A stretch of 64,000 nt of DNA, taken from the NCBI GenBank assembly GCA_016934745.1, contig JAFGSF010000062.1:64843-128842 (forward strand), given 5' to 3'. This stretch comes from Candidatus Aminicenantes bacterium (GTDB lineage: Bacteria; Acidobacteriota; Aminicenantia; UBA2199). Shown in pieces: positions 51,749 to 60,105 of this stretch. The notes beneath the pieces were generated by a model. That model did no database searches. It was not told the origin of the DNA and saw only the letters and a list, made by a program, of their open reading frames with translations. A program made the translations under genes and the position numbers. How positions within the stretch are numbered: position 1 is the first letter of the stretch; the number at the start of each line of letters is the position of its first letter.

Positions 51749-53494
51749 ATGCGTTGGCGAATCGCTCTCTTTTTGCTGTTTTCGGGATTTTTTTTTGCGC
51801 AGCTCGAATACGCGGATGCGGAAAACATTTCGAATTCTCCCTACCCGTCAGAAAATGTCAGCATCGCCATTAGTCCGTCCGGGGAAATTGGAGCAATCTG
51901 GGTAGAGAAGTTCTCGAGCGAAAATCAGCAAATCTATTACTCTATTCGGCAGAATGAGCAGTGGTCGTCCCCCCAGAGCATTCCTGGACAGTCGGGAAGG
52001 AACGCCAATCCCCGTATCGCCAAAGGAATCAATGGGGGATTCGTAGCGGTCTGGCATGATCAGTCATTCGAATGCATCCGTTTCTCACAATACCAGGGAT
52101 CCTGGTCGACTCCGCTTACCGTTTCCCAGGTTGGCGGCTACCAATTGAGCTGGCCTGCAATCACAACAACCACCAACGGCCGTATAGCAGTGGGCTGGAT
52201 GCGGGGAAACCCGACGAACCTGGATATATACGTGGCAACATTTCAAAACGGCTGGTCAGACCCGGTTAACGTCTCGAATACGCCTTTCAGTTCCAAATAT
52301 TGCGACTTGGCTTACGGCCCGAATGGCGAGATCTATGTCGTCTTCCAGGATAATCTATGGATAAATGAGACGGACTATTTTGCCACAAAGATGTGCCATG
52401 ACAGCGGCAACGGAAGATGGACCCAACCAGAAATAATTGACAACCTCGATGCTTGGACTTTTCGGCCAGTAGTAGCGGTCAATTCGATTAATGACATCCT
52501 CTCCTGTTTTTATTACATGCAGGGATCCAGCTACTGGGCTTCGTACCGTTTAAATGGCATTTGGCAAAATCCACAGATCATCAGTGATGTCGGTAACCAT
52601 CACGACCACGATTTTTATTTTTCCGATGTCTGCCCTTTCAATGACGATAGCTTCCTTTACATTTATCGCGACTGCGCCCTGAACATTTTTTACACAATTG
52701 TCCGGGAAGGAAATCAGGAAGGAGGGGTGGCCCTGACCAACAGTGCTCAGTGTTATTGTCCAAGTATTGATTACAATCCCACGGTGGGGGCCGCCGCGGC
52801 TTGGACCGATCGCTCCGGAAGCTGTGATGTGTTTGTCCAGTTTTTTGATCCCGAAACCGGGACCAGTGGAAGCGGGATACAGCCTCCAATCAGAGTGGTC
52901 GCCGATTACAAGAAAATCTTCCTGACGCCAGCCGAACTGAAAGTCGAACCGGTCGTCAATCGCAACCTTTTTTCCATCCAATATTTTTGGAAAATCAGCT
53001 GGGTTGCGGACAGCCGCTGGAGCGACTGGAATATCAACCTTGCCAAATATCGCATATATCGTAAATTGAAAGCATCCGCTGCGTGGGTGCTACAGGCTGA
53101 AATCGGGCCTACGGAACTGATTTATATCGACACGGACGGTGTTTCCAAGCAAGATCAATTCGATTACAAAGTACTGGGCGTGGACGATTTCGGAAATGAG
53201 TTCTATGCCTACAACCGAATCAGCTGGGCACTTAACCCGATCAATACTGACAGGGGAATCACTGTACAAGGATATAAATTGTACCGCAAATTAAGTGGAC
53301 AATCAGCAGAAAGTTACACACTTTGGAAAACAGTCGATGCCGCTACTCTGGCTTGGGAGGATCACTCAATTGAAATCCAGCAACTCCAGGTATACGACTA
53401 TGCATTAACTTCGGTAAGCGATACAGGCAAGGAGAGCGTTAAAGCGCAGGCACTAAAAATCAGCAGTTCAACTTATAAGGAAAAGAGACTTTAA
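51749..53494 (+). CDS. secreted BNR/sialidase-like beta-propeller protein with two C-terminal Fn3-like modules (paralog of 37634..39205)
   Basis: 581 aa with a signal peptide. Blade motifs include NEQWSSP, YQGSWSTP, QNGWSDP, NGRWTQP and NGIWQNP. The C-terminal modules end FDYKVLGVDDFGNE and YDYALTSVSDTGKES. Confidence 0.6.
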   Translation: MRWRIALFLLFSGFFFAQLEYADAENISNSPYPSENVSIAISPSGEIGAIWVEKFSSENQQIYYSIRQNEQWSSPQSIPGQSGRNANPRIAKGINGGFVAVWHDQSFECIRFSQYQGSWSTPLTVSQVGGYQLSWPAITTTTNGRIAVGWMRGNPTNLDIYVATFQNGWSDPVNVSNTPFSSKYCDLAYGPNGEIYVVFQDNLWINETDYFATKMCHDSGNGRWTQPEIIDNLDAWTFRPVVAVNSINDILSCFYYMQGSSYWASYRLNGIWQNPQIISDVGNHHDHDFYFSDVCPFNDDSFLYIYRDCALNIFYTIVREGNQEGGVALTNSAQCYCPSIDYNPTVGAAAAWTDRSGSCDVFVQFFDPETGTSGSGIQPPIRVVADYKKIFLTPAELKVEPVVNRNLFSIQYFWKISWVADSRWSDWNINLAKYRIYRKLKASAAWVLQAEIGPTELIYIDTDGVSKQDQFDYKVLGVDDFGNEFYAYNRISWALNPINTDRGITVQGYKLYRKLSGQSAESYTLWKTVDAATLAWEDHSIEIQQLQVYDYALTSVSDTGKESVKAQALKISSSTYKEKRL

Positions 53495-53499
53495 ACCCC

Positions 53500-53586
53500 A
53501 GATCCGAGCCGATAGTCACACTCCAACACATCGTTTCAAGTCCAGGTGGAAATCCTAATCACCGCGATTCTCTTCAGCTCGGATCT
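53500..53586. repeat. 10-bp perfect inverted repeat (AGATCCGAGC / GCTCGGATCT) separated by 67 nt in a convergent intergenic gap
   Basis: Read directly from the sequence. The right arm is followed by CAGTTTTATTTTTTTT. It may be a terminator-like or structured element. Confidence 0.35.
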
Positions 53587-53591
53587 CAGTT

Positions 53592-56045
53592 TTATTTTTT
53601 TTGCCAGAAAGCGTTGATATAAGCCAGGTAATCGGGCTCAATGCTGAACTTTCCGATCATGAAATTACTCTCACGCTGGCCCTGGAAGCTGAATTGAATG
53701 AATGTCAGTTCATCGACAACAATCGGCTTCACAATTCCGGATGCCATATCCGCAGCCGAAATATCAATTTCACCGCTCTCTTTTTTACTCACGCCTATGG
53801 AGCTCCACGTCAGCTTCAGATTCGCTGTCAGCGGCTGCGTGAAGACGATTTTTTGACCTTGTATGCGCAGCAGGTATTGGCCGGCAACTAGCGGAAAATC
53901 ATCGAGAACCATGTCCTGGATCGACTGCTCTTCATTTATAAAAAGCCGCTCGGTCTGGACGAAACGGTGCAGGATGGGGTCGATGCCGGAATGACTATAA
54001 AACTTTTGGCACCAGGATGGAATCTCTGCAGCTGAAAAGGGATCGGGAAGCGGGTCGTTCTGGGGCCGGTCGAATATAGCTTTTTCCGGCACGGACTCCA
54101 CAGCGGACATGAACTCTGGCACACAGACCAGAAAAGCTGGAAAATCGCCCGCAGCATAGACCATTTCCATTGAATAAATATAGTCATGGTGCAGGCGCTG
54201 GCGACGGACATGATCGAAAACGATTCTGTGGACTTGCCCGGCCCGCTCAAACAGGAATTTTTCTTTTTTGCCATTGACAGCAACGAACAACCACTTGCCG
54301 GCAGCTTTTGGCAGGATATAAAAATTGATCCGTGAGAGCGGGCGCGAGGAGTAGATTTTTTTTGTCCAGTTTTCTTTGGTGATTTTTCCGAAAAGCGGCG
54401 ATTTTTCGAAATTCTGCAACGGCAGGTAGCAGGTGTCGCTGGCAAGCTCGCTGGGCGGCAGGCTGAAAACAGGAAAGAAGTGCGGCAGGGGGTGGTCGAG
54501 ATTCAGTTCTTGCACCCAATAGGGCTTCTTGTACCAGTAAGTAATGTCATCGTCGAAAGATGAAAAGCGCGGCTTGTGGATGCGCTCGAAGGCCGTATAA
54601 TTGGCCAAATTGCGCTTTAGCGTTCTTTTAATTCTCGGATCGGCTGTCTCCTCGAGGATATAGCGAGTAAAAAGCCCGGTGCACAGAAATTGCATGGCGT
54701 CAGGGCCTTTAAACCAACTCCTCGGACCAGCGCTAAGATCGGAGTATCCCTTGTCCCCACTAAAGCCGGGAGTCATGTTTTCCCGGGCCAGGGAGAATTC
54801 AAAAGGGATATGGCGGAAGCGGTAATCGATTGCCTGGTCATAGGTAGAAGCGGTACTCAAAAGGTTGAAGCGGCGTATGTTCATCAGGGCGCCATTCACG
54901 GTATAGAGCCCCAGCAGGGCCCAGGCGGCAACTTGATAAAGAGGCCGCAACCGTCTGAATTTGTCCAGCAATTGCAGGGGATTGTAAAACAGACCGTTGG
55001 CAATGAGCAGGGCCGCGGCCGGCAGCAGGGGCAGCACCATGCGCTCTCCGAAATAAGCGGTATTGCCCAGGATGGCCACATAAACGATGATATAGGCGGC
55101 GATGAGTATGGAATGGCGCCGCCGGCTGAAAATGATAGTTAGCAGCCCGATCAACAGGAAGGCGCTGAGGATCGGCCCAAAACTCTCCAGGATCGTTTTG
55201 AAGAAAGCGGAGTAGGCCAGTTTTTTTTGGCCGTAAAAATGAAAACCGGTGTAATGGTAGGTAACAAAGCGATACGCTTCCGCGATATTCAGGAAAGGAT
55301 GGATGATCCAGTTGGGGGCGCCGCTAAAAAAACCCAGCGCCATGGCAGTCGGCGCCAGGAGCAGTGGTTTCCAAAGCGGCTGATGGTGGCGGTGGCACGT
55401 GATCAGGAATGTCGGCAACAGGAAAAAGAACTCTACCGCCGCATTGTACTTGGCTGCCACCGCCAGTCCGAAAAAAAGAGAAGAGAGAAACAGCCAGCGC
55501 CATTGCGCTTCGCGGTCGTGTTTCAGTACAAAATAAAGGCTGGCGCAGAGCAGCAGGGTTGTCAGGGTGTCGGGTTTGAAGATGTGGGCGTCGAAAACAA
55601 GGAACGAATTGACAGCCATCAGCAGTGCGGCGACCCAGGCCGCGGCCCGGCCGAAAAACTCGCGACCCATACGCCAGGTCAAGGCCACAAGAGCCGTTCC
55701 CGCCAAGGCCGTCACGATCCTTCCGGCTTTGAGGACGAAATCGTAGCCCAGGCCTGAGTAGACGAATTGCGAAGGAAAATTAGTGACACCGAAGAAGAGC
55801 AGTATTTTCTGGCAGACAAAGGCTAGCAGAAAGTTGAAGTAAAAGAAAAGCGGCGGATAACCAGGATAGCCTGGATAGCTGCCGTTAGAGAAAGGATTGT
55901 CATAGATGTGCAGAGTTATGTTCAGTAGCGCGGCTTCATCGGGGACCCCCAGGCGGTTCCATTGCTGCAGGCGCATGGCCAAAGCAAAAACCAGAAGCAG
56001 CATCAGGGCTAAAGCGCCAATCAATTTGCGTTTATCGGCGAGCAT
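53592..56045 (-). CDS. GT-C glycosyltransferase, family 39/ArnT/PMT_2-like, with a ~400-aa C-terminal periplasmic extension
   Basis: 817 aa. The first loop carries LGVPDEAALL (Asp-Glu motif), followed by YPGYPGYPPLFFYFNFLL and a polytopic N-half. Confidence 0.7.
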   Translation of the reverse strand: MLADKRKLIGALALMLLLVFALAMRLQQWNRLGVPDEAALLNITLHIYDNPFSNGSYPGYPGYPPLFFYFNFLLAFVCQKILLFFGVTNFPSQFVYSGLGYDFVLKAGRIVTALAGTALVALTWRMGREFFGRAAAWVAALLMAVNSFLVFDAHIFKPDTLTTLLLCASLYFVLKHDREAQWRWLFLSSLFFGLAVAAKYNAAVEFFFLLPTFLITCHRHHQPLWKPLLLAPTAMALGFFSGAPNWIIHPFLNIAEAYRFVTYHYTGFHFYGQKKLAYSAFFKTILESFGPILSAFLLIGLLTIIFSRRRHSILIAAYIIVYVAILGNTAYFGERMVLPLLPAAALLIANGLFYNPLQLLDKFRRLRPLYQVAAWALLGLYTVNGALMNIRRFNLLSTASTYDQAIDYRFRHIPFEFSLARENMTPGFSGDKGYSDLSAGPRSWFKGPDAMQFLCTGLFTRYILEETADPRIKRTLKRNLANYTAFERIHKPRFSSFDDDITYWYKKPYWVQELNLDHPLPHFFPVFSLPPSELASDTCYLPLQNFEKSPLFGKITKENWTKKIYSSRPLSRINFYILPKAAGKWLFVAVNGKKEKFLFERAGQVHRIVFDHVRRQRLHHDYIYSMEMVYAAGDFPAFLVCVPEFMSAVESVPEKAIFDRPQNDPLPDPFSAAEIPSWCQKFYSHSGIDPILHRFVQTERLFINEEQSIQDMVLDDFPLVAGQYLLRIQGQKIVFTQPLTANLKLTWSSIGVSKKESGEIDISAADMASGIVKPIVVDELTFIQFSFQGQRESNFMIGKFSIEPDYLAYINAFWQKK

Positions 56046-56051
56046 TGGCTA

Positions 56052-56081
56052 TTTATACCACAGGAAGATTGATTTTGTCCA
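56052..56081 (-). promoter_or_regulatory. promoter TGGACA-18nt-(TGG)TATAAA; the -10 ends 6 nt before ATG 56045 (leaderless layout)
   Basis: Read on the minus strand. An extended -10 TG is present. Confidence 0.45.
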
Positions 56082-56183
56082 CGCCGGAATTCTGGGGAAA
56101 ACAGTTAAAATGGCATCGTGCAAGCTGCAGTATTTTTTTTATTTTGGGGAATTGTTCCGGGAACTGGAGTTTTTAAGCGGTGA

Positions 56184-56212
56184 TTGGCAAACAGGTATGA
56201 CTGTGTTACACT
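56184..56212 (+). promoter_or_regulatory. promoter TTGGCA-17nt-TACACT; the -10 ends 6 nt before ATG 56219 (leaderless layout)
   Basis: Read directly from the sequence. It is divergent from the 56045 promoter. Confidence 0.4.
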
Positions 56213-56218
56213 CAGCCG

Positions 56219-58336
56219 ATGGGACAACGTCTGGATAAATATCGCCTAGAAAGCGGTATAATTTTTTCCTATTTTCTCGTATCTTTGCTGATTCTCTATC
56301 CGCTTCTGACACGTTTATTCAGCCAGCTTCCCTTTGCATCCAATGGAGATATTCGCCTCTCTCTGGCAATCCTGTTTTCAAATCTGAAAAAAATCACCCA
56401 GGGTGATTTTCTGAATCTTTTCCAACTTCCCATCCTTTTCCCCTTGTCCCATACTTTAACTGCGGGAATCAATCTTTTCGGACAGACCTTGCTGGTCCTA
56501 CCGTTTTATCTTGTTCAGATCCGGAATGTATATATCATCTACAACCTATTGACCTTTATTTCATATATTGCAGCGGGATATTGTTCGTATCGATTTGTAC
56601 GCGAATGGGTTCCGGAACGCTGGATCGCCTGGGTCGCAGGAGCTTTATATATCCTCCTGCCCTTCCGAGTTCACAATATCCCGCACTTGAACCTGATGTT
56701 CAGTTTTCCCATTCCCCTCAGCCTTTTATTTTTTTCCCGATTTTTAAAAATGGGCAAGACAAAAGACCTGGTTTTCTTTTTTTTCTCGTTTCTTTCGCAA
56801 TTTCTGTTCGACCTTTCCTTAGGCATTTTCTTGGGAATTGCCCTGGGGATTTTTTTTCTGGTCCAGCAAGTTATATTCGGCCTCCTGCCCAGGAGGTCTT
56901 GGCTGCTCTTCATCATGGCTTCCGTTTTATTCGTCCTTTTCGTGACCCTGATCTTTTTCCCTTACTTAAATCAGAAAACCTCCTTTTCCATTGTCCCCGA
57001 AACAAAATCCATCTCCCCAGAAAATTTCAGAACCCCGCTGAGTTTTTACAGCAATTGGACCTACCTGCTCCTGTTCTTCAAGCGAATATTCTGGGATCAA
57101 TCCCCATTTTCGCCGGGAATCAGTATATTTGTTTTTTTCCTCCTCGCCTTTGTACCTTACTTTGAAAAGCGCCTGCAAAAAACCACTGCTCTGTTTTGCT
57201 CGTTTTTTCTAATTATCCCTGCCTTTGCCCTGCCCATCATCTACAATGGTTTGCCTTTGAACATACTGAATCGACTATGCGGTTGGGCACTCCTTTTATT
57301 TCTCTTGAGCCTTTCACTACTCCTTTTCCTGATCCGCAAAAAGATTCCCCGCTCGCTGCTTCTACTTACAATCACTTGGATCGTTTTGCAATTCTATTCC
57401 AGCCAGATCAGTTTGCCTTTTTTCAACCTGTTTCAAGGTCTGGCTCGTTTGTTCCCTTTTCTGCTCCGCACCCGAGGCATCCGCACGGAATATATCTTGC
57501 TGCTCCTCTTTTTTACAATTTCCGCCTTCGGATTTTCTTATTTTTATAGACGCTTCCAGAAAAATAAAATCATCCTGGGGCTGGTGCTTTTTTTGGTTTT
57601 CGCCGAACGCCTACGCTGGCCGGTATATCCGGAAAGGCTGAAAGATGATCTCCCGATCTTCCGGACGATCTATCAACAACTCGCACTCTACCCGGACCAT
57701 TTCGGCCTATTGGAATTCCCTTTTTTCCCGCAAAATTCCAACTATTATCCGCTATTTACCATCTACCACAACAAGCACACCTATCACGGACTCATCAATT
57801 ACTTGAGCGATTATTACGGATTGACTGGCAATCCCCTGCTCCAGGCCGAAAGCGAGTTTTTCGGCCTGAGCGATCCGCAGTTTATGCAGATGCTGAAGGC
57901 AAAGGGGATCCGCCTGATCATGCTCTGCAAAAGCAAGATACACTCGGAACAAAATGAAGATCAACGGACTTGGTTGGCACTGAAAAATCAGATCAAAAAA
58001 GGCGAAAGCAAAGGCTTATTCGAAAAAATTGAAAAAAACCGTCATGGGATCCTCCTGGTTCTGGCCGAACAAGAGCAAGGACCGCAAATTCGCTATTTCC
58101 TCCCCTATTTTGCCCTTAAGGACAAAAAAAACCTTGTGTGCACCATCGATGCCAATGAGGAAACGATTGCAGAATTTCGCTTCAATGAAAAACCGGTCAA
58201 AAAGCAGCGGCTGCAGCTGGGAAGCCGAAGCAGAATCGTGATCAATCTTCAGAAACTTCCCCTGGCCCTGCAATTCAATTATCTGGAAATACGCTCGGGC
58301 CCTTCTTTAAAATTACTGAAGGTAAGGATAGAGTAG
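56219..58336 (+). CDS. 705-aa polytopic membrane protein with a C-terminal soluble domain (GT-C/YfhO-like candidate)
   Basis: About 14 or more TM helices followed by a ~230-aa soluble domain. The architecture parallels the other three large membrane proteins in the island. I could not recognise a firm family motif. Confidence 0.4.
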   Translation: MGQRLDKYRLESGIIFSYFLVSLLILYPLLTRLFSQLPFASNGDIRLSLAILFSNLKKITQGDFLNLFQLPILFPLSHTLTAGINLFGQTLLVLPFYLVQIRNVYIIYNLLTFISYIAAGYCSYRFVREWVPERWIAWVAGALYILLPFRVHNIPHLNLMFSFPIPLSLLFFSRFLKMGKTKDLVFFFFSFLSQFLFDLSLGIFLGIALGIFFLVQQVIFGLLPRRSWLLFIMASVLFVLFVTLIFFPYLNQKTSFSIVPETKSISPENFRTPLSFYSNWTYLLLFFKRIFWDQSPFSPGISIFVFFLLAFVPYFEKRLQKTTALFCSFFLIIPAFALPIIYNGLPLNILNRLCGWALLLFLLSLSLLLFLIRKKIPRSLLLLTITWIVLQFYSSQISLPFFNLFQGLARLFPFLLRTRGIRTEYILLLLFFTISAFGFSYFYRRFQKNKIILGLVLFLVFAERLRWPVYPERLKDDLPIFRTIYQQLALYPDHFGLLEFPFFPQNSNYYPLFTIYHNKHTYHGLINYLSDYYGLTGNPLLQAESEFFGLSDPQFMQMLKAKGIRLIMLCKSKIHSEQNEDQRTWLALKNQIKKGESKGLFEKIEKNRHGILLVLAEQEQGPQIRYFLPYFALKDKKNLVCTIDANEETIAEFRFNEKPVKKQRLQLGSRSRIVINLQKLPLALQFNYLEIRSGPSLKLLKVRIE

Positions 58337-58357
58337 GAAATCAAGAAAAAATCATTT

Positions 58358-59287
58358 TCATTCGATATCGCGGATCCGGTCGATAAAAAAACGGGGGCGA
58401 TTTTTGATCTCTTCGAAGAAAATGATTAGATATTCGCCAATAATGGCGATCATAAAAAACATCAATCCAAATGAGATCAGGGTCAAAAGCGTCATGGTAC
58501 TCAGACCCACGACGATCCTGCCAGTGAACTTATTGTATAAAATCAGGATTCCGTAAAAAAACGAAAAAATCCAATACCCCAGGGCGATAAAAAAATTAAT
58601 GCGCAGGATGTGGGAAAAAGAAATGATACTCCTTATGCCCAGCAAAAATAGTTTTTTGAACGTGAAGGTCGTAACATCGCTCTCCCCGGGATTGAATGTG
58701 ATCTCCCGTGAGGCCATTCCAAGCCAGCGCACCAAGTTGCGGACCACGATTCCATTTTCCTGCATCAATAAAATGCGATCGCGCACAATCCGAGAAAAGA
58801 GAATGAAATCAGAGGAGCCTTTTTTCAGCTCCCTGATCCCCAACTTTCGCACAATGAAAAAAAAGAGGGCCGTCAGGGAACGTCTCAGCCAGTGATAGGG
58901 CTCCTGCTTTTTGACTGCATATACAACTTCTATGTTCTCTTTTTCAATGCAGCGGTACATTTCCGGGACCAGAGTAAATGGAGTCTGTCCGTCGGCATCG
59001 ATGATCACATAAAAATCAGCTTCCATCTCCTGCATGCCGGCAAATACAGCGCTATCCTTGCCGAAATTACGGACAAAGCGGATCAATTTCGCCGCGATCT
59101 TTTCCTCAGACAGTTTCTTTTCAAATACATTAAATGTATCGTCCCGCGAACCATCATCGATCAAGACCAGGACTACTTGAACCTCAGATGAAGGCAAGGC
59201 GGACTGAATACTACGCAAGCCGGCGATCAAGGTTTCTACCCGCCGACTTTCATTCAATGCGGGCACAAGGACGGCAAGTCGTTTCAT
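58358..59287 (-). CDS. GT2 polyprenyl-phosphate glycosyltransferase (GtrB/ArnC/DPM1-like)
   Basis: 309 aa with VLVPALNES..., IDDGSRDDT, a DxD (IIDADGQ) and two C-terminal TM helices, as in GtrB-type enzymes. Confidence 0.8.
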   Translation of the reverse strand: MKRLAVLVPALNESRRVETLIAGLRSIQSALPSSEVQVVLVLIDDGSRDDTFNVFEKKLSEEKIAAKLIRFVRNFGKDSAVFAGMQEMEADFYVIIDADGQTPFTLVPEMYRCIEKENIEVVYAVKKQEPYHWLRRSLTALFFFIVRKLGIRELKKGSSDFILFSRIVRDRILLMQENGIVVRNLVRWLGMASREITFNPGESDVTTFTFKKLFLLGIRSIISFSHILRINFFIALGYWIFSFFYGILILYNKFTGRIVVGLSTMTLLTLISFGLMFFMIAIIGEYLIIFFEEIKNRPRFFIDRIRDIE

Positions 59288-59388
59288 ATTATTCCCGATA
59301 CAATTAGTTTGCTGAACTGACCTCTGAAGATATGGTTGCTTTCTCTCCGATTACATAAAAAAAATAACAAAGAAAATATCATATAATG

Positions 59389-59417
59389 ATTATATCCAAT
59401 CCATGCAGATTGGTCAA
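59389..59417 (-). promoter_or_regulatory. sigma70-type promoter TTGACC-17nt-TATAAT with a ~100-nt leader before ATG 59287
   Basis: Read on the minus strand. Confidence 0.5.
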
Positions 59418-59454
59418 TCATGATAATTTTACGAGCTGTCAAAAATTAAACCAA

Positions 59455-59483
59455 TTGAAATAATTATATCATTGTGCTATTCT
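59455..59483 (+). promoter_or_regulatory. promoter TTGAAA-17nt-TATTCT; the -10 ends 7 nt before ATG 59491 (leaderless layout)
   Basis: Read directly from the sequence. Confidence 0.4.
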
Positions 59484-59490
59484 GAAGCAA

Positions 59491-60105
59491 ATGAATAATA
59501 AAATCGCGACGGTACTTTTACTTTTTTTACTGACGCAAACGATGCCTGCCAATGACATCAAGGTCATGCTCGGATTGAATTCCAGTACATACGTGTTTTC
59601 AAGCTCGACGGATTCTTTGGACCAGCAACACAAATCGGGATTGGCGTTCGGCTTGGGGTGGGCGTATAGCCTGAATAAGAATATGAAACTGGAAATCAAC
59701 GCCATGTTCAATCAGAAGGGTGCAAAGGTGTCCATCATCAATTCTCCGAACGCGATTGTTTCGGGTGTTTATAAGAATAGTTCCATTGGAATTCCATGCT
59801 TTTTCAGATACCAATATAAAGAAAAAGCATCGCCTTACTTTTCTTTCGGACCCGAATTTGTATTTGTCACTTCACACCATTTGTTTTTAACTGAAAGCAA
59901 TGAGAGTTATAACTTGAGCGATATGACAAAAAAAATCATCCTGGCATTCAATGCTTTACTGGGCTACGAATACCCCATTGGCAAGTGGGGATTATTTGCC
60001 GAAATTCGCTATAACTATTGGTTTAGTAATTTTTTAAATGATCCAGAAGCGTTGGTGAAAAGTCAGTCATTCGTATTTTTACTCGGGGGCGTTTACTATT
60101 TGTGA
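59491..60105 (+). CDS. small outer-membrane beta-barrel protein (OmpW/OmpX-size porin-family)
   Basis: 204 aa with a signal peptide and alternating amphipathic strands (GLAFGLGWAY, FAEIRYNYWF). It ends in LLGGVYYL. Confidence 0.65.
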   Translation: MNNKIATVLLLFLLTQTMPANDIKVMLGLNSSTYVFSSSTDSLDQQHKSGLAFGLGWAYSLNKNMKLEINAMFNQKGAKVSIINSPNAIVSGVYKNSSIGIPCFFRYQYKEKASPYFSFGPEFVFVTSHHLFLTESNESYNLSDMTKKIILAFNALLGYEYPIGKWGLFAEIRYNYWFSNFLNDPEALVKSQSFVFLLGGVYYL

